Shown one piece after another: positions 1 to 8,229 of a stretch of DNA of 37,340 nt. Every line of letters starts with the position of its first letter. Positions within the stretch are counted from its first letter, which is position 1. The translations under genes were made by a program, and so were the position numbers. The DNA is from a virus, in the UHGV virus genome UHGV-1403306, one strand, 5' to 3'. The notes under the pieces were generated by a model, which ran no database searches, was not told the DNA's origin, and saw only the letters and a list, made by a program, of their open reading frames with translations.

Positions 1-600
1 ATTTTTTTTTGCAATAATTTGCACTTTCCATGGCCATTCTAATTGACTGCAAGGAACAGTACCGCGATATTCAATCATTTTAGAATTTGTTATTTCTATA
101 TCATCAGGGATGGTAATTCCAAATGGTAAATCTACCGTCTTAAATGTTAGTGATACTTCGTATAGAAGGCCTACATCACTAAAGCCTTGAAAATCATAAT
201 TGATTTCTCCGTCTAATAACACTTTATATCTATAATGATATTGACGTTGCTTATCAACTCTCAACATATCGAAACCTTGCTTTTCTCCAGGTCGCTCATA
301 ACCATATAAGCTTTGATTAGTATACATTTTAGTTATATAAAATGGTTCTGTGTCTGCAAAAGTACCATTCAATTTATCTTTCATGTACTCATCTTGAAGT
401 TCATTTTCTACATAATAATAACCACTCACAGTGATTTTTTTCTCACTATGAGTGGCTCCCAAAAATAGACTTCGGTTAGTTCCGTCTATTTTTTTAGTAT
501 TAATTTCAACAATAGAATTAGTGGAATTAATATCTATCACAAGGACACCTAGGGAGGACATCCTTGTAGATAAGTTTTCCTTTTCTATTTTTAAGTCCAT
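1..600 (-). CDS. dit: Distal tail protein Dit, N-terminal part; the gene wraps across the window ends and continues at 37086..37340
   Basis: RBS GAGGAGGacact then ATG at 600-598, 4 nt after the TMP stop. Translation MDLKIEKENLSTRMSSLGVLVIDINSTNSIVEINTKKIDG... stays open to coordinate 1 and continues in frame at 37340. It sits at the Dit position between TMP and Tal. Confidence 0.6.
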   Translation of the reverse strand, partial: MDLKIEKENLSTRMSSLGVLVIDINSTNSIVEINTKKIDGTNRSLFLGATHSEKKITVSGYYYVENELQDEYMKDKLNGTFADTEPFYITKMYTNQSLYGYERPGEKQGFDMLRVDKQRQYHYRYKVLLDGEINYDFQGFSDVGLLYEVSLTFKTVDLPFGITIPDDIEITNSKMIEYRGTVPCSQLEWPWKVQIIAKKN

Positions 601-611
601 AGTGTCCTCCT

Positions 612-3600
612 CTATTTCTTGTTAACCAAATTAACTTTATTTTGATTTCTTGCTTCTTTTTGTTTAACAATTGTGTATATTTTATCTCCAACAAGTTCGG
701 TATGAACTTCAAATACTGGTTCTTGTAATTGACTAGTTTTAACTTCTTCGCTTAATTCATTCATAGATGAAGAAAGCTTATTAGAGACATTTCTAGTATC
801 CGCCGTTAAAACAGAATTTGCTTCATATTCTTGTGATTTTATTGATGTTGCATATGCTAACGCTTGTCTATCAACTTGCTTTTGCATTCTTGACATGCCG
901 TTAACTAAACCCATCCCAACAAATCCCCCAATTTTATCGGTAACACGTGATGGCGAATGAATATCCAGTGCTTTCCTCATAGTACGGGCTACGTTACTAG
1001 CTATATTACTAGCAGTTGCGTAAATAGAACCCGCAGAATTTGCTAAACCATTTCTCAAACCTATACCTGCATTATAACCGATATTAGAAAGCGTTGAAGT
1101 CAATCCACTAAAAATGGAGTTTATTCGACTCGTGGAAGAAATCATTATGCTTGTCATTGAATTCATGCTATTCATAACGGCACTATTCATTCTATTCATA
1201 CCATTTTGAACATTATTTGCCATTGAATTGAATGCTTGAGTATTTGCAGAATTTATCCTACTGAATCCCCCGTTAATAGTACTAACAACACTATTCATTG
1301 TACCTGTCACATTTGACTTCATTGAGTTCATGGACTTCGTTACATTGTTTGACATCTGTGAAATGTCTTGCGAAGATTTATTATTAATATTTTGTGTATT
1401 ATTTGATACATTTTGAAACATTTGGTTAGAGGCACTAGAAGCTTGTTGGGTAGCTTGATTCATATTAGTGCCAACAGCATTCGCAGTACCAGAGGTAGCC
1501 TGATTAACATTAGATAAAATACTATTATAGTCACTAGAGACACCATTTAGTGCACTATTAGACTCTTTTGTTGCAGCATTTGCTGCTTTAGTTGAATTTG
1601 AACTTACTACACTATTAAGGTTATTCATCGTTCCTGATACATTTGTAGCTAGTAGATTATAGTTTGAAGACGTACCATCTTTAGCTGCATTAGAAGCATT
1701 AATTGCATTGTTTGAGGCTTGTGTACTCAAATTACCTACATTTAAATTCATGTTGTTCATTGAATTAGCAACATTTGAACTTGCTTGTCCATAAGATGAA
1801 CTCAAATTTGTAGCAGTAGTAGTAGCATCATTTGATACTTTTGAGCTTGTTTCAGATGACTTACCCGTTATTGTGTTCCATAAATTTGAAAACCCATTTT
1901 TAATACCATCCCAAGCTCCTTTTAAAACATTAGGAATAGCCTCTAAAATAGCACCAGCAAGAGCTTTAATAATATCCCACCCAGCAGCAATAATTTGTGG
2001 TAGCATCTGGATTACCGTGCCAATCAACGTCATAATGATTTGTATTCCCGAAGAAACGATGTTTGGCAAATTCTCAACAATACCATTAACCAAGGCCATA
2101 ATAATTTGCATTGCTGCGTCTAGAATCATAGGTAAGTTTTCTACAATAAAATTACATAATGAATTTATAATTTGGACTGCTCCATCTAAAAGCTTAGGTA
2201 TATTATCCATTAAACCTTGGATTAATGTTAGAATCGCGTTTAATGCGACAGGTAAAATTTGTGGCAATAATTGAGTAAGACCATCAATTAAATTCTGAAG
2301 AATCTGAATACCCGTATCTATAATTTGAGGTAGATTTTCCATTACAGAATTAACAAACGAATCCAAGATTTTTTTCACTGATTCAACTATTTTTGGTATA
2401 TTTTGAATGATTCCTTTAACTATATTCAGCAAAAGTTCCATTCCCATTTTTAATAATTCAGGCAATGCACTTGCTATGGAGCTCAAAAATGAAGTAATAA
2501 CTTCTAACGCTGAATTTATAAGAGACGGTGCATTTTGCCCCACACCTTGTACAAGACTTCCAATAATTTTCATACCTGAATCTATGATTATTGGAATCAT
2601 TGTAGATATAGCACTAGCTAGTTTAGCAATTAATTCAGTGCCACTTTGCATAAGTTGTGGCAATTGTGAGGTAATACCATTAACAAGATTAGTTATAATT
2701 TCTGGGCCTTTTGTAGTTACCGTCTTTAATAATTTGTCAATTTGTGCTCCAAATTGATTATTGATTAGTCCCAATCCAGCTATAACTAATCCTAATATAG
2801 CTGCAGGTCCTATAGCTGATAAAGCTACTTGCATGATAGTTCCCATTGCAGAAGTCATGCCACCTAAGGCTCCCATACCAACAGAACTTGCCATGGATAA
2901 GCTACTTCCTATTTTAGGAATTAAACCTATCAAACCTGTTAATCCAGAACTAAACATTTTGAACGGTCCGCTTATCATACCTCCTAATATTCCTGAAAAT
3001 GCTGAAAATCCGCTTGAAAGAGATGCAATTGCAGGAACTGCTTTACTGACTACTAGCGCGCTTCCCAATACAGCAGCTATAGGTAATAGTCCTTGAATAG
3101 CACCTTTTAAAGCATCAATACTTTTTTTAGACAAATCAGTGCCATTGATAAAATGGTTTAAAACATTTGTAGCAACATCTACTGCTGCAGATATTTTATC
3201 CATATTAAAATCACCAATTTTATCTGTTAATTTGCTGACTGCTTCTATCCCTACTTGAGACAGTTGATCAAAAGCCGGTTGTAATTTATTGGTGATTGTT
3301 TCCTTTAAGCCATCCATTGCTTGACCGACAGTTTTATATTCGGTAGCCATTTTTGAAAACGTTTCGTTTGTACCAGTTTTAGTTATTGCATCAAAGAAAT
3401 CTTGAGTAGCAATTTTCCCATCTTGAACCGCAGTCACCATTTCAGAGGTTGACATGCCCATAGTTTTAGCAACAGCTGCAATACCCGCAGGAGTTTGTTC
3501 TAACATCAATTTAAAATCTTGCCATTGAACCATCGGTTTAGCAGCCATTTGTGTAGCTTGTTGACTTAGCGTTGTCATCGCTTGTGTCGGATTTTCAGCT

Positions 3601-4526
3601 GCCGCAGCTAATCCACCAAAACCCATAACCAATTTGTCAGTATTTTTTATTCCTACAGCTGCTAATTGACTATATGTAGTAGCCATTTCAGAAGCAGAAT
3701 AAATTGTTTTAGTGGCAAAATCCTGTAGCTCTTTTTTTACAGATGCTATTTCATCTTTTCCTTTACCAATATTTTCCATATTAGCATTGAAAGTTTTCCA
3801 TGTAGCTGAGCCTTGGTTCAAGTCACCTATAATTTCTTTAAATCCGCTAGAAAGTGCTGATATGCCTTTTTGAGCTACCGCGTATGCTGCACCAATACCT
3901 ATGATTTTTTTTACTAAATCATCTGTTGCTGATCCTGCTTTATTGGTTCCTGAAACCATCTTATTTAGTGCGTTAGACGCTTTTGATCCAGCACTATTAA
4001 ACGCTCCAGTTAATTTCGAACCTATATTAGTTCCCAAAGTAGTAATTTTTGAACTTATTTCACTAGCACTTGATCCAACAGCTTTAAATGCACTTTTAAA
4101 AGGCTGTGGTATTTTAGAAGCAACTGTCGAAAATGCTTTACCAATTATTGATGTTTGTTGTGATAGTCCAGCTCCCATTTCTTTAGCTGAACTTACAACC
4201 GCATTCTTGGCAGCTGACATCCCTTTTTTAATTGGTTGTGGTATTTTTTCGCCGATTCCAGCAATTACACGTTGAATACCGCCGCCAGCTTTTTCAAATA
4301 ATGCAACAGTTTGCGGTAAAACTTTAGAAACGCTATTTAGCATCGGATCAGCTAACTTACTCATAATTTGACCGACTTTTTGAGTAGTACTCATAGATCC
4401 GCTTTGTAATATGTTAGCAACATCATTCATAGTTTTATTCGCTATAGATGAAACTTTATTCATTGCAGCATTATATTGCGACAAATCAGCACCGATAACA
4501 GCGTTAATAGCACCTTCAAAAGCCAT
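612..4526 (-). CDS. tmp: Tail tape measure protein (TP901-family core region, tandem ~20-aa IxxNLPxI repeats, Asn/Ser-rich segment, C-terminal HSPSR motif)
   Basis: 1304-aa ORF with RBS GGAGGTGAGTAAATG. It contains the TP901-type TMP core (ASEMATTYSQLAAVG...QWQDFKLMLEQ). Hydrophobic stretches and position after the G/T chaperones fit a TMP. Confidence 0.9.
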   Translation of the reverse strand: MAFEGAINAVIGADLSQYNAAMNKVSSIANKTMNDVANILQSGSMSTTQKVGQIMSKLADPMLNSVSKVLPQTVALFEKAGGGIQRVIAGIGEKIPQPIKKGMSAAKNAVVSSAKEMGAGLSQQTSIIGKAFSTVASKIPQPFKSAFKAVGSSASEISSKITTLGTNIGSKLTGAFNSAGSKASNALNKMVSGTNKAGSATDDLVKKIIGIGAAYAVAQKGISALSSGFKEIIGDLNQGSATWKTFNANMENIGKGKDEIASVKKELQDFATKTIYSASEMATTYSQLAAVGIKNTDKLVMGFGGLAAAAENPTQAMTTLSQQATQMAAKPMVQWQDFKLMLEQTPAGIAAVAKTMGMSTSEMVTAVQDGKIATQDFFDAITKTGTNETFSKMATEYKTVGQAMDGLKETITNKLQPAFDQLSQVGIEAVSKLTDKIGDFNMDKISAAVDVATNVLNHFINGTDLSKKSIDALKGAIQGLLPIAAVLGSALVVSKAVPAIASLSSGFSAFSGILGGMISGPFKMFSSGLTGLIGLIPKIGSSLSMASSVGMGALGGMTSAMGTIMQVALSAIGPAAILGLVIAGLGLINNQFGAQIDKLLKTVTTKGPEIITNLVNGITSQLPQLMQSGTELIAKLASAISTMIPIIIDSGMKIIGSLVQGVGQNAPSLINSALEVITSFLSSIASALPELLKMGMELLLNIVKGIIQNIPKIVESVKKILDSFVNSVMENLPQIIDTGIQILQNLIDGLTQLLPQILPVALNAILTLIQGLMDNIPKLLDGAVQIINSLCNFIVENLPMILDAAMQIIMALVNGIVENLPNIVSSGIQIIMTLIGTVIQMLPQIIAAGWDIIKALAGAILEAIPNVLKGAWDGIKNGFSNLWNTITGKSSETSSKVSNDATTTATNLSSSYGQASSNVANSMNNMNLNVGNLSTQASNNAINASNAAKDGTSSNYNLLATNVSGTMNNLNSVVSSNSTKAANAATKESNSALNGVSSDYNSILSNVNQATSGTANAVGTNMNQATQQASSASNQMFQNVSNNTQNINNKSSQDISQMSNNVTKSMNSMKSNVTGTMNSVVSTINGGFSRINSANTQAFNSMANNVQNGMNRMNSAVMNSMNSMTSIMISSTSRINSIFSGLTSTLSNIGYNAGIGLRNGLANSAGSIYATASNIASNVARTMRKALDIHSPSRVTDKIGGFVGMGLVNGMSRMQKQVDRQALAYATSIKSQEYEANSVLTADTRNVSNKLSSSMNELSEEVKTSQLQEPVFEVHTELVGDKIYTIVKQKEARNQNKVNLVNKK

Positions 4527-4530
4527 TTAC

Positions 4531-4845
4531 TCACCTCCACTTTTTATTTTTGAAATAGTTCATCACTTCTTTTGCCTTTTCCACACGATTGTATGTTTCT
4601 TCCTTTTCGTTTGTCGTAGCAAAAATAGATTTTATTTTGCGTTCAATTTTTTCTTTATCAAATACTTTTTTTATTTTTGGCTTCTTTGCATTCAAAACAT
4701 ATCTTAAAGTAAACGCATAATGGGCTTTTTGTTCTTGTTCATCTACACTTTTCAAAGCTAATCCTTCTAAAATCGCTTCTAACTCCCACTTATAACAAGA
4801 CATAATTAATGGAATATCCACTAATCCTTGCCTAGCACAATTCAC
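4531..4845 (-). CDS. Tail assembly chaperone gpT-like extension ORF, in the -1 frame relative to the upstream gpG-like ORF (candidate G-T frameshift product)
   Basis: 104-aa ORF directly follows and overlaps the stop of 4845..5321 in the -1 frame. It lies immediately upstream of TMP, the canonical siphovirus G/GT arrangement. No slippery heptamer was positively identified. Confidence 0.4.
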   Translation of the reverse strand: MNCARQGLVDIPLIMSCYKWELEAILEGLALKSVDEQEQKAHYAFTLRYVLNAKKPKIKKVFDKEKIERKIKSIFATTNEKEETYNRVEKAKEVMNYFKNKKWR

Positions 4846-5321
4846 TATGAGATTTCTTTCTTGATTCGATCTGCTAAATCTTTGACCGCTTTTGCTTGTT
4901 GCTCTGGATTTTGAATCTCTTCGGTCGGTTGTTGGCTCTTCAAGTAATCTGCTGCTTTCTCTAGATTGTTGATATATTTCTTCAATTTCTTCACGAAAAA
5001 ACCAGAATCCAACATTTCTTGTTTAAGTGTTTCAAATACCATGCTGTATCCTTCTTCTTCATCTTCAAAAGTTTCCACAAAATCCTGAACAGACTTCGCA
5101 ATGTCTTCATCTGTTACTTTATCTTTTGAAGCCAGCTTGATAATATCAAAAAGCGCATCATCATCTTCTTCTAGAACTTTTACAAAAAGAACACCTGCGC
5201 CATCATTTTGTGAGTTACCTTGAGCATCTTTTGTACCTAGCTTTTTATTAGCTTTAAATAACATTCCATAATTAAACTTAATTTCTAATTGTTTCTCTTT
5301 TAATTTAACTGCAAATGACAT
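4845..5321 (-). CDS. Tail assembly chaperone (gpG-like), acidic
   Basis: 158-aa acidic ORF with strong RBS AGGAGGAAATAATATATG. It is the first of two ORFs between MTP and TMP, the conserved chaperone position. Confidence 0.5.
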   Translation of the reverse strand: MSFAVKLKEKQLEIKFNYGMLFKANKKLGTKDAQGNSQNDGAGVLFVKVLEEDDDALFDIIKLASKDKVTDEDIAKSVQDFVETFEDEEEGYSMVFETLKQEMLDSGFFVKKLKKYINNLEKAADYLKSQQPTEEIQNPEQQAKAVKDLADRIKKEIS

Positions 5322-6208
5322 ATATTATTTCCTCCTGTTTTAGCCATTTTTATAGCTTCTATATATTTTATAGTTGCTTTATCTTTAGCCATATTATCTA
5401 ACCTATCTTCAAAAGGACTAGTATTAACATATTTTCCTTTAAAAAATAAATCTTTATCTTTTTCAGTTACACCTGCATTGTGTAATATTTTTGTTTCGTA
5501 CCATTTATTGACTGGATCAGTTGGCCAGCAAAAATTTAATTCTTCATCGATTTTCGGGCCTATGTTAAAAACTAACATATTCCATAATTGAGCCCACATT
5601 TCCGCAGTCCAAATTTGAATATTACTGTCTTGGTAATTTAAATACTTGAATAAACGTATTGAATCACAATAAACCTTTTCCCAATATTCTTTTTTCGGAT
5701 TGGTTATAACCCATTGAGCCCCACCTGAATTACTATTAATTGTTTCAAGTGATTCAAGATTGACACCAACTATACCGGACATCTCCTGCAATATTTTGTC
5801 TCCATTTTTGCAGCTACGTATATAATCAATATTTAAATAGCCATTACAATCTGAACAGTACCAAACATCCTCTTTCAAATTAAACTTGTTGAAATCAATC
5901 AGTTCTCTAAAAATCACATCTGAGTCCATATAGAAGTATGTTTCTTTTTCTCTACTAGGGTCTTCTTTTAAATATTGCCACCACAAATAAGGCTTAATCG
6001 AAGGGATATAGCTTTTATCCCTTCGATTATCCTCATAAGTATGCACTGTTACACCATACTCTTCTTTAAAATACACAGGAATTGATGTATCATGTTTCGA
6101 AAAAAGCAATACGATGTCTTCAATTCCTACTTTTTTTAAATTAGTAAGACACACTTCTAATTCCCATTTAAATCTTTGAATCGCAGGCTGACATAATAGG
6201 TATTTCAT
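5300..6208 (-). CDS. Extra ORF between the major tail protein and the chaperones: Cys/Trp-rich enzyme-like protein with a hhhDxDhhh motif (YFYMDSDVIF); candidate GT-A-type glycosyltransferase
   Basis: 302-aa ORF with a Rossmann-like N-terminus (YLLC...IVLLFSKHD), a DSD motif near residues 92-94, and ~10 Trp and many Cys. It breaks the usual MTP-G-T-TMP synteny. Its neighbours carry poly-Thr tails. Confidence 0.35.
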   Translation of the reverse strand: MKYLLCQPAIQRFKWELEVCLTNLKKVGIEDIVLLFSKHDTSIPVYFKEEYGVTVHTYEDNRRDKSYIPSIKPYLWWQYLKEDPSREKETYFYMDSDVIFRELIDFNKFNLKEDVWYCSDCNGYLNIDYIRSCKNGDKILQEMSGIVGVNLESLETINSNSGGAQWVITNPKKEYWEKVYCDSIRLFKYLNYQDSNIQIWTAEMWAQLWNMLVFNIGPKIDEELNFCWPTDPVNKWYETKILHNAGVTEKDKDLFFKGKYVNTSPFEDRLDNMAKDKATIKYIEAIKMAKTGGNNICHLQLN

Positions 6209-6213
6209 TTTAA

Positions 6214-6843
6214 TTACCTTTGAGTTGTCGTTGTGGTTGTTGTAGGTCTTGTAGTGGTTGTTGTTGTTCCATTATCAATATTGCTATAATCACCAGTAGT
6301 TTCTCCTGGGCGTTGGAATTGATACAAACTTTCGACCATTGCAACGTCTTCATCTGACAAAGGAAATGTTCCGTCTTGCAATTTCCCTACAATATTTAAT
6401 GTGTAGCTAATTTCAACTAAATCTTCTCCTTCAGCATATTCTAATTCGTCAGGGATACCATAACCAAATTTAGCTGGATAAGCTTTAGTTCCGGCTCCTT
6501 CTTCCGTTGCAAGAGTATCGTCAACAACAACTCGCCATACTTTAACAGAATGTCCATTCTTTTTGGCTTCTTCAATAACATCAATTGATTCATCATCGGG
6601 AGCAAAGTATTGTGTCAATTCAATACTATGTTCATCAGTTGACTTTAAAATTATACGCCCCATTTTTGTTTGTTCATCGATGTTGTCACCGCCAATAGTT
6701 GTAGTACCATCTGTTTGAAATGCAGGCAAGAGAGCTGGAGATCCAATTGGTACTTGTGTGCTTTGAATAAAGTACCAAACACGGTTTCCTCTAATAGGTG
6801 TTCCTTGGAATTTTTTAATTCTGTTATTTACTGTTTCTGGCAT
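6214..6843 (-). CDS. Major tail protein with a C-terminal poly-Thr tail (…GTTTTTTRPTTTTTTTQR)
   Basis: 209-aa ORF placed after the head-tail joining genes and before the chaperones and TMP. The C-terminal 19 aa are TTTTTTRPTTTTTTTQR, coded at 6217-6273. Confidence 0.6.
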   Translation of the reverse strand: MPETVNNRIKKFQGTPIRGNRVWYFIQSTQVPIGSPALLPAFQTDGTTTIGGDNIDEQTKMGRIILKSTDEHSIELTQYFAPDDESIDVIEEAKKNGHSVKVWRVVVDDTLATEEGAGTKAYPAKFGYGIPDELEYAEGEDLVEISYTLNIVGKLQDGTFPLSDEDVAMVESLYQFQRPGETTGDYSNIDNGTTTTTTRPTTTTTTTQR

Positions 6844-6854
6844 ATGAATTCCTC

Positions 6855-7226
6855 CTAAAAAATATAATCAGATATTTTAAACACGACATGATAAACTTCT
6901 CTACCAATAGTGTTATCAGGTCTAATATTTGTACTAATTTTCTTTGTTCGTAGAGCAGATTTGGTTTGATATATTACATCTTCGACTTTTGCTCTACTAT
7001 TTACTGGATAAAATAAATCTATTTGTAAATCAGTGTTCACTATTGCAGCACCAAATTTTGCACTTTTTGTATCATCGTCAAAGTGATTGCCAATAACATA
7101 AAAAGGCTCAATAATTTCTGGCCCTGGAAGTTTATAGTAAATAGGGATTCCCGTTTTATTTAATTTTTCAGAAATCTCTTTTAAAAATTTAGTATTTGGG
7201 GCATGTTCCACTTCATTTACCTCCAA
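6855..7226 (-). CDS. Tail terminator / tail completion protein (positional call)
   Basis: 123-aa ORF immediately upstream of MTP in the head-tail joining block. Confidence 0.35.
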   Translation of the reverse strand: MEVNEVEHAPNTKFLKEISEKLNKTGIPIYYKLPGPEIIEPFYVIGNHFDDDTKSAKFGAAIVNTDLQIDLFYPVNSRAKVEDVIYQTKSALRTKKISTNIRPDNTIGREVYHVVFKISDYIF

Positions 7227-7560
7227 CTATCTTTTGTAAATTCTTCATTAATGTTGGATATTCTTCTTTAACAGCAGGATACAAGAAAGGTTGAGCAGCC
7301 ATGAAACGTGTTCCTTCTTCGATGAAAATTGAATAGTTAGCAGGCGAGTCTATACTTACACACATTCTGTACATCATATATGAATATATATTGTTTCTTA
7401 ACCATCCAGTATCTACCGGTGCTAATTGTTTAGCCCTTTTCTCAACTCTAAATCCTGATTTTTGCAATTCTTTATGAATAGACTGTTCTGTTTTTTCTTT
7501 TTGCTTCTTAACACCCCGAACAAATGCCTTCAGTCCAACAATTTGAATAACTTTGCTCAT
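7213..7560 (-). CDS. HK97 gp10-like head-tail joining protein
   Basis: 115-aa ORF with a …LAPVDTGWLRNNIYSYMM… motif typical of the HK97 gp10 family. Overlapping stop/start with its neighbours. Confidence 0.5.
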   Translation of the reverse strand: MSKVIQIVGLKAFVRGVKKQKEKTEQSIHKELQKSGFRVEKRAKQLAPVDTGWLRNNIYSYMMYRMCVSIDSPANYSIFIEEGTRFMAAQPFLYPAVKEEYPTLMKNLQKIVGGK

Positions 7561-7835
7561 GTTAATATTACAACTGTTGAATTGCGATGAAACTTAACAT
7601 CAAAAATATTTTTAGAAATACCGTCTATATTAATTTCATCAAAGAAGAAATATCCCTGTAAATGAACTTTAAGTGCATTCTTATTGTATTTTCCAAAGAA
7701 AGCTATTTGTTCATCAAAAGAAATATTATGGATACTACAAGGTACTGTTCTAACTTCTTTTGAAATGGCTTCTTCTCCTAAATACCCTTCAGTAGTAATA
7801 TTCTTAACTATTTTACAACGATGGTTATAAATCAT
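7557..7835 (-). CDS. Head closure / head-tail adaptor protein
   Basis: 92-aa ORF between the gp6-like connector and the gp10-like protein. Assigned by synteny. Confidence 0.4.
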   Translation of the reverse strand: MIYNHRCKIVKNITTEGYLGEEAISKEVRTVPCSIHNISFDEQIAFFGKYNKNALKVHLQGYFFFDEINIDGISKNIFDVKFHRNSTVVILT

Positions 7836-8215
7836 GGTAAAAACCTCGCAATTCCTTTACCAGCTCTAATTTCAGGCTTGGTATACTCGTCTAAAATGTT
7901 CAAATATTCATCCAAATAACTCTTTTCCCAAGTAAAAGAACGACCTTCTTCGCTGTCAGAACTTGTCCCTTCACTATTTCTTTTGTTGAAACGTTTAATT
8001 GATACATCTCTCAATATATAGTTCAAACTATCAGGTACAGCATCGTACTTATCTGTTCCATTTTTTTGAGCATATTGATTCAAGACAGATAAAATACGTT
8101 CTTCACTGTCTTGAATCACTAATGTTAACAATTCATCTTGGAGTTCGTCAGAAATGCCTAACAAAACTTTGATTTCCTTCAGACGATCACCGTATTCTTT
8201 TTCTGTCTTTCCCAT
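7832..8215 (-). CDS. Head-tail connector protein (gp6-like / Phage_connect_1)
   Basis: 127-aa ORF directly after the capsid gene. The …LGISDELQDELLTLVIQDSEERILSVLNQYA… pattern is typical of gp6-like connectors. Confidence 0.5.
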   Translation of the reverse strand: MGKTEKEYGDRLKEIKVLLGISDELQDELLTLVIQDSEERILSVLNQYAQKNGTDKYDAVPDSLNYILRDVSIKRFNKRNSEGTSSDSEEGRSFTWEKSYLDEYLNILDEYTKPEIRAGKGIARFLP

Positions 8216-8229
8216 ATCAGAAACCTACT

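Noticed and set aside
527-712. 61-aa minus-strand ORF spanning the dit/TMP junction
   Set aside because: It overlaps the well-supported dit start and TMP stop in another frame and has no independent signals.
1873-4707. Plus-strand ORFs of 98-133 aa inside the TMP gene (1873..2274, 2407..2757, 2761..3096, 3901..4275, 4411..4707)
   Set aside because: They are antisense to a very well supported 1304-aa TMP. They are hydrophobic and low-complexity and have no RBS. They look like shadow ORFs produced by the repetitive codon structure of the TMP gene.
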